From contig MU058528.1 of the NCBI GenBank assembly GCA_013265495.1, positions 62,001 to 126,000 of the forward strand: 64,000 bases of DNA, written 5' to 3'. This stretch comes from Vicugna vicugna (taxonomy: Eukaryota). The position numbers were made by a program, and so were the translations under genes. This document shows positions 1-12,727 of the stretch, piece by piece (position 1 is the stretch's first letter; every line of letters starts with the position of its first letter). The notes under the pieces are model-generated. The model ran no database searches. It saw nothing but the letters and a program-made list of their open reading frames with translations, and had not been told where the DNA came from.

Positions 1-489
1 GACTTGAAGTTTTTTTTTTTTTTATCATTTGTTTTAATCAGAACTCATGCCTCTAAGTCAAAGAATACATTGCTTCTGCTCTCCTTTCCAGCCGTAGGCC
101 ACTGCTTTCAGTTTTCTCTCTTTATTGTCTTGGCACTGACACTAGGTTTGGTAAGTGTGCTAACAGAAGAATTTGAAGAAGACAGTAGAAGACCAGTGCT
201 TCATTTATAGATACAGACAATTTACCCCTCCTTCCTTTGTTCAATCTTCCACAAATGAATAAACAAAATAATGCCCATGCTTAGTGAATGGAGTAGTTGA
301 AGAAACATTCATGGTGGCATCATTGTGTATTGTGACACTGGCATGACACACGAAGAAGTGATAGGATTTTGGAGGGTCTCTGGGCATATGTAATCACTTT
401 TATTTGATACCAGTTCTTTTATACGTTCTCTGTAGCATATTACCATTGCCATTTAAGAAAATAAATTTTCATCTTTCTTATGTTTCTCA

Positions 490-668
490 GGGTTAGACAG
501 ACTAATTTTTTTTTTAGTAGTGAGAATTTCACTTTATTTTTGTTAGTATTATTTTCTAGGCATTGATGTATTTCTCTGTTTTTAATAGGGGCACTGGGGA
601 TTGAACACAAGACCTCGTGCATGCTAACTAAGCATGTGCTCTACCACTGAGCTATACCCACCACTCCG
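490..668 (-). mobile_element. tRNA-derived SINE, camelid Vic-1 type
   Basis: Minus strand reads gggtatagctcagtggtagagcacatgc...gaggtcttgtgttcaatccccagtgcccc (Pol III A and B boxes), then an A-rich tail. Flanking direct repeat TATGTTTCTCA at 479-489 and 669-679. Confidence 0.85.
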
Positions 669-964
669 TATGTTTCTCAATATTAAAAAGCATTTAGGTA
701 ATTTTTCTCTAAATAAATTTTAAAAAATTGGCTTATACAGTACAAATCCTAGGAAGGCAATTCTGATGAGTAAATTTCATTTATTCCGGCTGTGTTTATT
801 TAAGTAACACTGTAAATACCATGGATGGTTTTATGGGGAGACCCAGATGTGTTCTAATTGCTCAGCAAAATTGTCTGGTTGTGAATTAAAACATGATGAC
901 TTTAATGAGATTTCCAGTAAAAATTTATCTTAAAAATATGCATATGCAGTATTATCAGAAAAGC

Positions 965-1170
965 AACATAGTAGCGTGGAAAAAGTTCTGGACTGGTGGT
1001 CAGAACATGTGGGTTCAAGTCCTGGCTCTGCCCTCCCTAACAGGGAGCTTTTTATGAGTCTTTCTGCAGCTTCCTTATTTATAAAATGTCCTGATTTGAA
1101 CATTTTCCTGCCATATAAACATATGGGTTGTAAGGTTCATATAAAAATTGTATTGATGTTTGTTTGTAAA
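965..1170 (+). mobile_element. MIR SINE, degraded
   Basis: gtggaaaaagttctggactggtggtcagaacatgtgggttcaagtcctggctctgcc resembles the MIR 5' region. Confidence 0.55.
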
Positions 1171-1563
1171 GACAAATTTGAGGAAATGAGAATGAAATCA
1201 GTATTAAATGATCTTAAGATTGCCATTGATTCATTTTATTAGGATTTCCTAACTCTTGCCTCACCTTTTTACAAAGGAACACAAGCTTTAGGGAAAAAAG
1301 TTTTTTTTTTTTTTTCCTACCCAGGTGAGAGATGTAGTTGAATCGTCCTGGCAGTGGTTCTCCCAGTACGAAACATCATTCAATTGAAGAGTGCCCTTCC
1401 CTTGGCCTCCACCTGAAAGGCAGAAAGAAACTGGAGGATAAACTAGGAAATCCAAAGATGTGGTCTGGCTGTCCTGAACCTTGGTGCCTTCCGGGCTCTG
1501 TGCTGTGTGGTGTAGGGGACAGTGCCAGCAGCGTGCTCTGCTACAGCCTCCGTGGTCTGGGGG

Positions 1564-1589
1564 GTGTGTGTGTGTGTGTGTGTGTGTGT
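1564..1589. repeat. (GT)13 microsatellite
   Basis: Direct reading. Confidence 0.95.
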
Positions 1590-2477
1590 CTACAGAGAAT
1601 GGGTGGAAGGCAGATGAGGAATTCATCTTTGTACGCCTGGCAAGATAGATTGGTTTTGGCCTTTCTTGAAGAATTAGCATTATTAAATTTTTAAAAAGTA
1701 ATTACCTCCCAAAAAGGACAAGCGAATAAGACTCTCTTCCAGAGTTACCATTTGGTGCCAGTTACCAGGCATTACTCCATATCACTCCATGCAACACAGG
1801 ATGTGGTCTGATGTTTAATCTAAGTACGCACTCCACTTTTTTCTGGATAGAAGGAAGGGACTTACATAGCTTCTTTCTTACAGAATGACTTTGTAGAAAA
1901 CTGCTTTCTCTCCTTAAAAACTAGAATTACTCAGACAGACTATGATAAAAAAACAGTAAGTCCTGGCATTAAGCACACCTTGGCCCCCAGCAACCATTTT
2001 GGTAGCAGGTGGTGAACGTGTTTTAGTGGTTTAACATTTCTGGAATGTGAGCTGGGTCAGTGCACAGCAGAGTCAGCAGGATTGCCGCTCCAGGGACCTA
2101 GCTGGAACTGCTGGCCTCACTGCAGCATCTCGTCCTACTGGGAGCAAAGCCTACGCCCCCCAACTGCCCTTCCATATTTCATCTTCGTGGGTTTTACCCC
2201 ATGGAAAGTGGACGGTTTTGGGATAAGTGGAATGAGTGCACCAAACCAGTCTTTTACATTAGCTGTAATGTTAACCCTTTTATGTAACAAAATGCCTTAA
2301 ATTAAGTATTGCACTTACCTAGAAATACAGTTGTTGTTGAGAAGATATTTCTTATAGAAGGTAACTTCATTGCCTATCAAGTCAAAGCAATATAGCTGTA
2401 TGATTGCCTCCAGATATGAGTGGCTCTTGGTATTTTCAATAATTTTATGACTTCCTTATTACATTAACACAACATAG

Positions 2478-5093
2478 GTCATCAGCAAAATGGTTGACTA
2501 GGTGGTCTTCAACTTGGGTCTCCCTCACAGGTAGAAGACCTAGCAATTTATAGATAAGACACCTTTGTGAAAATCCCAGAACCCAGGGATGAGATTAAGC
2601 ACCCCCATGAACCATAGAGACCAAGGGTAATAAGCGTGTTTTCACTTTGATTGCATTGTTCCTCCTGCAGGATGGCACAGCTCCACACGGAGAAGGTCCC
2701 CCACTGGGACTGTGGCTTCTCCTGGGGCAAAAAGGATCCCAAAGTGGTTACCCAGTTTTTCCTGCATGTTTCCTGGGAAGCCCACTTGAGTCTGGCCTCT
2801 CAGGAATCACTGGGGGAAACTGTGGGGCTGGACAACTAGAGATTAGACAGAGATGAAGAAGTGGGGTGCAATTAGACTACAGCTCTCGGTGGGTCATGTT
2901 CCTGCTGACAGCGATGCATGAGCAGAGATCCCAGCCAGTGGCTCGCGCCCATCTGCAGAGCTGAGCCGGTGGCCCCGTCTGTTCAAGGAGCTTGGCCAGC
3001 AGTTCTGCGTTTCTGGGGCTCCCAGCCAATGGGCCATACTGGAGAGCCCATTCTATGACCCTACCTGGACGAGAAGCAAGTCAGCTGCCCTACCCCCCTG
3101 CTGAACACAGCCCCCGGTCCCACCTGGCCAGGAAGGCTGGCCAGAGATTCTGGCAGCCATGAAGCCCTCCTAGAGCCCTACTCAGGCAGAAAACCAAGTG
3201 AGCACCTCTGCTCAACTGTGGAGAATTAACTCCTCAGAGCCTAACCAGGGAAATCGAATACAGACCTGAGTAGCCTTAGAATAGAGCTTACAATATTGCC
3301 TGGCTATAGAGGCCAGTCTATAGCCCTGCACAATTGCTGAGCACAGCTTCGGCCTTACCCGGAGATGGAGGCCAGCCAGTGACAATGGTCCATTGCAGAG
3401 CACAACCTGCAGCCCTGCCTGACCAGCAAGCCTGGCCAGCAGCCCTCCTCAACCACCAAACCCTGCCTCCAGCCCCATCCAACTGTGAGGTACAGCTGGT
3501 GCCCCCCCCACCAGGGAGACTGGCTGATTCTTGCCCAAAGTGGTGCATAGCCAGTGATTGATTTCAAACTATATTACAAAGCTATAGTAATTAAAACAGC
3601 ATGGTGCTGGCATAAAGACAGACACCTAACTCTACCAATGAGAGAATAAAGAGCCCAGAAATAACCCCCTACATATACTGTTAATTAATGTTTCACAAGG
3701 GAGCCAAGACTGCTCAGTGGGAAAAGGGTAGTCTCTAATAAATGGGGTTGGGAAAACTGGACAGCCACACGCAGAAAAACGAAATCAGACCCCATCTTAC
3801 ACCGCTCACAAAAATCAACTCCAAGTGGACCAAAGGCTTAAGCATAACATTTGATACCATTAAAACTCCTAGAAGAGAATACAGAAAAAGCTACCTGAAT
3901 GTGGTCTTAGCCACAATTTTTGGAATATGACACCAAAAGCATGAACAACAAAAGCAAAAGCAAATGAAATTATGTCAGTCTGAAAATCTTCTTCATGGCA
4001 AAAGAAACCATAAAAAAATGACAAGAAGAAAATATTTGGAAGCCATATATGTGATAAGGGGCTAATATACAAAATATATAAAGAACTGTAGCTCAATAGA
4101 GAAAAACAATCTAATTTAAAAATGGACAAAGAATCTGAACAGACATTTCCCCATAGATGATAAGCAAATAGCCAACAGGTACATGAAAAGGTGCTCAACA
4201 TCGCTAATCATCAGGTACATTTAAGTCAAAACCACAATGAGATTCTACCTGACACCTGTTAGAAAGGCTATTATCAAAAAGACAAGAGACAAGTGTTGGC
4301 GAGGATGTGGAGGAAAGGGAAAACTTGTGTACTGCTGGTAGGAATGTGAGTTGATTGAACCACTCTGAGAAACAGTTAAGAGTTTCCCCCCAAAATTAAA
4401 AATTAACTACTATGTATATGATCCAGCAGTCCCACTTCTGGGTAAACAGCCGAAGAAACTGAAGACAGGATATTGAAAAGGTATCTGCACTCCCTTGTTT
4501 ATCGTAGCATTATTCACAATAGTCAATACATGGAAACAGCATACACATCCAACAGTGGATGAATGGATAAAGGAGAAGTGGTATATATACACAATGGGAT
4601 ATTGTTCAGCCTTGAAAAAGATGGAAGCTCTGCCATTTGTGACAACATGGATGGACGTTGAGGGCATTATGCTAAGTGAAATAAATGAGACAGAGAAAGA
4701 CAAACACTTTATGATATCACTTATATGGAGAGTCAAAAAGCTGAACTTGTAGAAACAGAGTAGAATGGTGGTTTCCAGGAGCTGAGGCTGGGGGAACTGG
4801 GGAGATGTTTAAGGGTGCAAACTTACAACTGGCAGGTAATTAGGTTCTGGAGGTCTCAGGCATAGCATAGTGATTATAGTCAACATTACTGTAGTGTAAA
4901 CTTCAAAGTTGCTAAGAGAATAGATCTCAATTATTCTCAATACAAAAAAGAAATTATAGTTATGTGATGTGACAGAGGTGTTAGCTAATGCTATGGTGGT
5001 AATCTAGTCACAATATATAAATATATCAAATCAACACATTGTACACCTTTAACTTACACAATGTGATATGCCAATTATATCTCAACTAAGAAA
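2478..5093 (+). mobile_element. LINE-1 (L1MA9-like 3' end), internally deleted: 5'UTR + ORF2 C-terminal part + 3'UTR
   Basis: L1-type start catcagcaaaatggttgactagg and GC-rich repetitive 5'UTR to about 3556. ORF2 remnants follow: [21 protein letters not shown] from about 3559, PHLTPLTKINSKW, and MFIVALFTI...WMDVEGIMLSEI at 4495-4752. 3' end is aacttacacaatgtgatatgccaattatatctcaa. Confidence 0.85.
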
Positions 5094-5199
5094 CTTTTGT
5101 ATCCTAAAATATGCTTTGTCATAAAAGCCTGAATGTTTTTGCCATCTAAAGATTTCCACTGCAGAAATTTTAAGAAGTTCTGAAACGAAAGGGGGAAAA

Positions 5200-6000
5200 A
5201 TGCAGCAGATGCTAACGAAATAAGGAAAGTAAGAGTCACCTAATTAAAAAAATTGAAAACCAAGAAAAAATAAAGAAAATATATTCATTAAAACAAGGAA
5301 CTGAAATTCTAGAAAATATTAACAACTGGAGAAAGGTACGGAAGAAAAGAGATTGAAAACCAAATAGACCTGAGTGCATGAGTACTTAACAGGCACTAAT
5401 AGGGGAAGATAAACATAGTGGGAAGCCGAAGAACCAACAGAAATAAATGTGAGGATGAGTCTCATGTCAAGAAAGATCAATATCAAAATAAAAATTAAAT
5501 GTAGAAATGTTTTTTAACCAGAAGAAGACAACTTGACCAATCTGCTTAAAAACAGGAAAAGAGAGACAAAAAAGAAAAAAATTCTGTGAAAGAAAAGTAA
5601 GCAGAAAATATGAGATGAGATGAGATAATATAATAGAAAAAAGACCTATTACAACAGAAATTAAAATAAATGCAAATGGTTAAAAAAAGGCAGGACTCCT
5701 AGGTTGAATTTTAAGAATCCTATATTTTTGTCTCTAAGAAATATATGAAAAAAATAAGAGGCAGAAACATTGAAAAGGATGAGAAAGATATACAGATAAG
5801 TATGATATAGGAAAGATGGGATGGTAAAGATAATATCCAAAAAATTAAAATTTAAGATAAAAAACTATCACAAGGGACAAGGGAGTTTACTTCCAAAAAA
5901 TCTAGAAAAATTGAGATATATATCAATCAACAAATGAATATACTGTAAAGAGATAGGTGAGTCAAAAGTTTTATCTGTAGATTTTAACAGGCCCTCCCAG
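5200..6000 (+). mobile_element. Ancient L1 fragment (ORF1/endonuclease region, heavily decayed)
   Basis: Very A-rich. atcacaagggacaaggg and gtagattttaacaggccctcc resemble the L1 endonuclease motifs ITRDKEG and GDFNTPLS. Confidence 0.45.
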
Positions 6001-6329
6001 AAGCTAGCATGTCAGGGGGAAAATACGCAGTAATAATCTATCTGCAAGCGCCTGCTGCGTCCACATGCAGCCCCTACCGAGGTCAGTCTGCTTATTACCT
6101 GATGCTCAAGGGGGCAAGACTCCTCCTGGGCCCCTTGGCATATGGCGCTGGATCCCACAACTACCAGAGTGGTATTTTTGTCCATGAACAGATGCAGTAT
6201 TAGTTGCTAAAAAAGGGAGGTCAAAAAGAGGGACATCTCATGCCACAGGATGTTGACGTTGAAACAGGAACATCGATACTATGATATTTTCATGATACAA
6301 AATTGCGGGTTCAAATCTTTTGCTCCAGC

Positions 6330-7680
6330 ACTTTAAGAAATAACTTCACTGTTTGTTTCTACTGAGAAGCTTGATGTCAGTATCAGTCTTGTTCTTTTGT
6401 GGGTGATCTGCTCTTTCTGGAATCTTTAGATGTTTTGTCTGCCTTTAATATCTTAATTTCTATTTATGTATCAGTGTGTGGTTTTCTGATTTCTTCTGTT
6501 GGCACAGAATTGGTCCTTTCAGTATGAGGTCTTTCAACTTTCTTTCATACTAAGACATTTATCTCCATTATTTCTTCCAATATTTAAATTTTCTTTTTCA
6601 TTTTAAAATTTTGTTTCCTTGTAAGACTCATCATGCAGATGTTGTTACTTCTAATTTTGCCTTTCGTGTCTCTAAGTTTTTCTCATTTTAGAGATATGAA
6701 AGTTTTTGCTGCCTTTTTGGGGATTGCCTCAATTCAGTTTTCTTAACAATTCACCTTTAAAGTATCTGCCTCCTGTTACGCTAATCCACTATGTTCTTTA
6801 TTTTGACTAGTTTATCTCCATATATAGTATTTCTTTGGGCTGTTTAATTTTTTTTTCTGTTCTTGTTTCATTTTATTCTTCTTTCATCTCCTAAAGAATA
6901 TCTATCATATGTAATTTGAAACCTTGGTTTTTCCCTTCCAGTAATTCTTCTTCAAATGGTGTATGTTTTCCAGTTTGCTCACTTAAAAAAATAGGAATGC
7001 TTTCCCAAGAACTCTATCATTTGATCCTGTGAGTTCTTGTTCCTCTGGGGCTACCAGCTATTCTATTTGGTCGCAAGTGTCGGAGTGGCAGTGAGGGCCG
7101 GTTCCTACTCAGTGCCAGTAGCAGCAAACTAAGGAGAGGGGAGAAGGGGAGCCCGGGAGCTGCGGAATCCTTGTTGCTCATTCTGGCTTGCTCCGTTCTC
7201 TCCTGCAGTCTCTGGTCAAGGGCTGATCTAGAAGCCCTTGGGGAGAAGCAGCATCAGAGGAGACAGCTTCCTGGGTCATAATCCACAGCCCTGGGCTTTG
7301 GAGGATGGGAGGTGCTGTTTTCCAAACGTCTTTACCGCCGCTGGGCTTGTGCGCTGCTCTAATACATCCTCTTTGTCGTCACAAATGGCTTCAGCGATTG
7401 CTACTGATACCTGTGATAATGCAGTCAAAAAAAGAGCGTCTCAAGACAGATTGGGGTGAGGGCAGGGCCCAAATTTGAAAGGCTTTCTTCCAGACTCTTC
7501 CCTCACTGCTAGTTCCTGGGCTTCAGCTACGCAGCTCTCACATAAGCCATTTTATGGAGGCTTCAGTCTCTGGGGTTTTCTTATCTTTGTATTTGTTTTC
7601 AATTGATGCAACCTGTGTTCCCCTCGGTCATTCATAGTTTTTCTAGAATTGATTTTGGACAAGGGAGCCAGCACCTTGTC
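6330..7680 (-). mobile_element. Ancient L1M/HAL1-like ORF1 + 5'UTR fragment
   Basis: ctgagaagcttgatgtcag...cttttgtgggtgatctgctctttctgg matches the antisense ORF1 pattern. T-rich body followed by a GC-richer 5'UTR-like part. Confidence 0.5.
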
Positions 7681-7959
7681 CTAGATTAACTGTTGGCAAG
7701 AAACAGGGTATCTTGCAATTTTTTTCTCCCATAGTCCTGCTTTCATTAAAAGCTGTTCAAAGAGTAGAAAGCAAATATTTGGGAGTAAATTCAAGAAGGC
7801 AACTTGTTTCCATTCTGTGAAAAGTGAATCATTCAAGCAGGCAGGGACCTCTATCTTCTTAGTAGAAAACAGAAGCCTCAAATTGACAGTGGCATTTAGT
7901 AGCAAAACCTTCTCCATCCTTTAAAATTTTTCCAAAAGACATCTAGGAAATACTTTCAA

Positions 7960-8367
7960 AGTGGATGACAGTGAAGCAGCTTGGCTGGAATGGGAGCCTC
8001 TTTTGGCCAGTGAGGTGTAGGGGCAACTGAGGGCTTCTGGGGAAGGTCTTCTACAATAAGAAGAGCAGTGTGGGAGAGCACTTTCCATCTCCTCTACTCT
8101 GCCCTGCTTGGAACGCAGAAGGGATGTGCAGAGCCACGGTAGCTATTTTGCAGTCATGAGCAAAGACACTGTTGTAGTGCTGAAGATGGCAGACGGGAAG
8201 AGGGAAGGGGGCCAGAGTTTTTGCCAGTGTCTTTGACTTGCTGAATACACCTTGAGACCACTTACCTCTGGACTTCCTGTCACGCAGACAGTAAATATCC
8301 TTACAATGTAAGCCACCATGAACTGTGTATTTTATTACCTGCAGCCAAATAGATTCCAAATGAAACA
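7960..8367 (+). mobile_element. MaLR LTR, old MLT1 (J/K-like)
   Basis: Contains cttacctctggacttcctgtc...gtaagccac and the typical end ttacctgcagccaaatagattccaaatgaaaca. Confidence 0.65.
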
Positions 8368-8778
8368 AAATCTACTTAGTAAGTAAATTAAAGCATGTTT
8401 CCTTCAATTCCCATCTTGATTTAATATGCTTAGTAAGTTTTTATCACAAGTAAAACATCAGCTAGTCATCACACGTTGAAATTTATATATTTTCGCCATA
8501 TTTTCACTTCTTCATTGGATACCTCATTGTGCTGTAGGTAAGATTGGTTTTGTGGGAAAGTATTTGGGGCAGAATCCTAGAACCTCTGTCTCAGTGTGAT
8601 GCAAGTCAGAATGGTGTTTCAAAACCTTGTTTTTGTCTCATAGCAATTGCTGTTACAAACAAAATATAATGTTAAAATACATAGTAAAGCATTTATTTGT
8701 ATCAATATCTTTATTAAAAGAGGAATTGTATTTTCCTCTGACGTATTTTCAGAAGTTGGTGTGCGGCACCTGATGCTT

Positions 8779-9553
8779 TTTAAAAAAAATTGAAGTATGA
8801 TTGAGGTACAATATTATGTAAGTTTCTGTACAACATAGTGATTCATAATTTTTAAACGTTATATTCCATTTACAATTAAAATATTCCATTTATAATTAAA
8901 ATATTGGTTATATTCCCCGTATTGTACCATATATCCTTGTAGCTTGTTTATTTTGTTCATGGTAGTTTGTTAACTCTTAATCCCCTACCCTTACCTTGCT
9001 CCTCCCCCATCCGTCTTTCCACTGGTGGCCACTAGTTTGTTCTCTATATCTGTGAGTCTGTTTCTTTTTCGTTATATTTACTAGTTTGTTTTGTTTTTTA
9101 GATTCCACATATAAGTGAAAGCATTTACCTTTCTCCGTCTGATTTATTTTACTTAGCGTTACTTAGCATAACACTCTCCAAGTCCATCCATGTTGTTGCA
9201 AATGGCAAAATATCATTTTTTTAATCACTGAGTAATATTCTGTTTGGTATATATCCCGCATATTATTTATCCATTCATCTGTCAGTGGACACTCAGCTTG
9301 CTTTCTTATCTTGGCAATTGTAAATAATGCTGTTGTGAACATTGGGGTGCATGTATCTTTTCGAATTAGTTTTTTGGTTCTTTTTCAGATAAATACCCAA
9401 GGGTGGAATTGCTGAGTCAAATGGTAGTTCTAGTTTTAGTTTTCTGAGGAACTTCCATACTGTTCTCCACAGTGGCCGCACCAATTTGTGTTCCCACCAA
9501 CAGCGTACAAGGGCTCCCTTTCTCCACAGCCTCACCAGCATTTATTATCTACA
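8779..9553 (-). mobile_element. 5'-truncated LINE-1 (artiodactyl-type 3' end)
   Basis: ORF 9293-9541(-) LVRPLWRTVWKFLRKLKLELPFDSAIPPLGIY is L1 ORF2 C-terminal sequence. TSD GCACCT(G/A)ATGCTT at 8766-8778 and 9554-9566. Internal 20-bp duplication at 8861-8900. Confidence 0.9.
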
Positions 9554-10019
9554 GCACCTAATGCTTGTTCTCTGTTGTGAGATATTTGTTTCACAGTCCA
9601 AATTACAGGGCTTGCATTCACTGGTTTTGAGTCCTAGGATCAAAAGCCTCTTCTTTCAATTTGTGAATGTTGTGACCTTGGATGGGAGGAAGAGGTCTAG
9701 AGCCTGGAAGATGGAGTTTTGAACTATCAGGATAAAAGTTCTGTTTAGTTGAAAACTTTAGCGTTGGGATTTCACAGGGTAAGAGACAGTGTAGAAACTC
9801 ACCATGCATAATAACTATTTATTCCTACACACAAAGAAATTTATCATAGATAATGTGTGCATGCATAAAAGATGTTTCTTGTCATTCAAAAGTCTGTTTA
9901 TGTTACTCCAGATGTTCTTAGTCTCATGACAATTGGCTTTCTCCTGTATTTAAATTTATGCAAAAGTTACATCTCAGCATTTTTTGAACTAAAAAAACAC
10001 TGAAAAACAACATTCTTTC

Positions 10020-10160
10020 AAGCTGGTGAGACCCTGAGCAAAGAATATAGCTGTGCCATTTCTGGATTCCAACCAACAGAAACTGCGAGATAATAAATTT
10101 GTGTTGCTTTAAGCAACTAGTTTGTGATGATTTGTTCTGCAGTAATAGGAAACCAATACA
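10020..10160 (+). mobile_element. MLT1 LTR 3' fragment
   Basis: acagaaactgcgagataataaatttgtgttgctttaagc...aggaaaccaataca is a typical MLT1 3' end. Confidence 0.7.
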
Positions 10161-10736
10161 AATGGGAAAAAGGCATTTTTCTCTGTGATAATGGTACTTG
10201 TCCTGATGCTCTATGTTTTCTTGGTTCATTTCAGTAATGTGGCCATTGTAGGCTCGATGTCTATGTCCTGTGACTAAGCATAAAATCACGGGTTTTGGAA
10301 AGCTGATTGGCATTTTCTGTTTTCTTGATACTTATTGTGGATTTGCAGCATGAAATTCATCCCTCACCCAACATTTCCAGTTTTATATAATTCAGAAGAT
10401 GATTATTTGCACAGCAAAAGCAAAGGCATTCCATTGCCCTTTCTTACCATCCCCTTCATGCCTCTTCAAAATATCTAGATGGAGAAAGCCAATATGGAAA
10501 ATACAAGGTGCTTTCTTGCTTAGTGAAAAAAAATGGTGATAAACTTAGTTGCACTCACAATCAGTGGAATTTAAGGTGTAGCACATTCTGTACGAAAGTC
10601 CAAAGTAAGCAACTTGCAATATAGTTGTAAATAAATAGGCTGAGAAGACAAAAATACCACAATTAAAAGACTAGAGGTCTTGGGAAAGCATTCCATAAGA
10701 AGATCTAAGACTTTTATAACAAAGTCCTAGAGTTTC

Positions 10737-11182
10737 ATTATAGATTGAATCGTGTCCCCCGCAAAGGATATGTTGAAATCCTAACCCCCAGAACCTTAGA
10801 ATGTGAACTCATTTGGAAATAGAATTGTTGTAAATATAATTAGTTAAGATGAGGTCCTGTGGGAGTAGGATGGGTCCCTAACTCAATTTGACTGATGTTC
10901 TTAGAAGGAGACAGCTATGTGAAGAAAGAGACATAGAGAGATAACCCCTATGAAGACGGAGGGTTGGAGTGGTGGAGCTACAAGTCGAGAAACCTCAAAG
11001 ATTGCTGTTAAACCAACCAGAAGCTAAGGAGAGGCATTTAAGTTTTCCCTACAGGTTTCAGACGGTCCATGGCCCTTGGCTTTAGACTTCTAGCATCCAG
11101 AATTGTCAGATAATACATTTCCATTGTTTTAATTCACCCAGTTTGTGGCATTTGGTTACAGTAGCCCTGGGGAACAAATACA
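10737..11182 (+). mobile_element. MaLR solo LTR, MLT1C-like
   Basis: ttgaatcgtgtccccc...atatgttgaaatcctaaccccc...agtagccctggggaacaaataca. Confidence 0.85.
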
Positions 11183-11589
11183 TCCGCTAAGGCTTTTACT
11201 GAGAGTTAAGAAAGTCTGACCCGCCTGCACCTGACTCTACGTGGTCTGAAGGCATTACGGGCAGGGGGTCAGTCACACCACAGAGCTTGGCTAGCTGCTG
11301 ACTGCACAGTGGAAGATGGCAGGTTTATGTCTTGGAAATGCTTCCCTGCTCCCAGCCAGTCCTTCCAGTTTCAGGTGTGTGATCCCAATTAACAGTTTAA
11401 TACTTCATCAGGAAGGGACACTCTTAAGATCCTTTAACTTGATTGGCATTGACTTTAGGTCACAAAATGCTAGATCTTCTCCTTTTTATTTACACATTAT
11501 TTAGAAATGTCTACCTCCTTCCGATTTTCAATAACTCCACTTTCCTGAGAATAATTTTCTACCACCGACATATTTGCTAATATATGAAA

Positions 11590-11884
11590 CAATGTTTCTC
11601 AGTATCTGTTCCATGGACTATCAAAAGGTGCTATTTAATGAAAGATTTTTGAGGTCAAATTCGTTTAGGAAATAGTGAACTAAATAAAGCTAAGTGTATC
11701 TCTTCCTTTCTTCTTTCCTTATAAAATTTCTCATAGCCTTTAATATGTTCACATGTATAAGGAATCTCTAAGGGACAGATTGTAGATGGGGAGAGATTTA
11801 CAGGATCTCTCAAAGTTATTTAGATACTACACTTTTTATTTTGAAGGGCCAATGTTCCCCGAAGTACTTTTTGAGAGATGCTGG
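11590..11884. mobile_element. hAT-Charlie-type DNA transposon relic
   Basis: Ends caatgtttctca and tgagagatgctg resemble Charlie terminal inverted repeats. Internal ttctcatagcctttaatatg motif. Confidence 0.5.
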
Positions 11885-12727
11885 GCAATCGTAGGATTTT
11901 TGGAGCTGGAATACAATTCAGAGGTAATTTATCCCGATCTTGAGACTTTATGTTATCTAAAATAACATGAATAATTAATGGCAGACTTAAAGCTCAGGTA
12001 ATACACTTACACTTAGAAGTAGAGCCCTTAAAATTACATACACTTATTTTGGCAAAACAAAGGAATTAAGCCTGTAATTTTCAAGCTTCAATTCCATATA
12101 TAACTGATGCTCTTTCTTTCTGTTATCCGAATAACACTCTCTAGAATTGTTAGCATTTCCTTTTTGATCAGAACTGTGCCTGCTTTCCAAGAGAGGAAAG
12201 TGTTACCATTAGAATTTGGCATGGTCTATCCATGCAGAAGGCAACTCAGAAACAGATGGGGACCAGGAGGTCTACAAGTGGGAGTTAGGAGAGTGGGGGG
12301 AGTGGGAGATGGAGAAAGAGCCGTCCAAACTAATGATGCAGGAGCAGCTGAGTCAAACCTGAGCTTTATTAAAGTTTCCTGTTTCTGTGCTGAAATTTGG
12401 AAATATTAGCATTATGCCTTCCCCTAGGGCTCCCCTCCTGCTTTTTCACAGACTGGGGAGGCAATGGCAAGCAGCCTTGCTCTACTGTCAGTCCCAGTGA
12501 GCCTGCATCTCCAGCCCTCATGCTCTCTGTGCCTGCCAGCAAGCTGATAACTCCAAGAAGCTGATCTCATCTCAGGCACTTGGGAAAGAGCATGTGTCCC
12601 AGGACTGGGAAAGTCTTTGTCAGCTCAGTCTATTGGGAAACAGCAAAGATAACCATGGCAGCTTTCTCAAATCATTCTCCTTCTGTCTTATCTTCCTGAC
12701 CTGATACAGGAAAACCCATAAAGCTTG

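Noticed and set aside
3559..4752. Functional L1 ORF2
   Set aside because: Broken by frameshifts and stops, and the endonuclease and RT domains are missing.
6011..6031. Antisense U1 snRNA 3' fragment
   Set aside because: Only a short gapped resemblance that does not extend.
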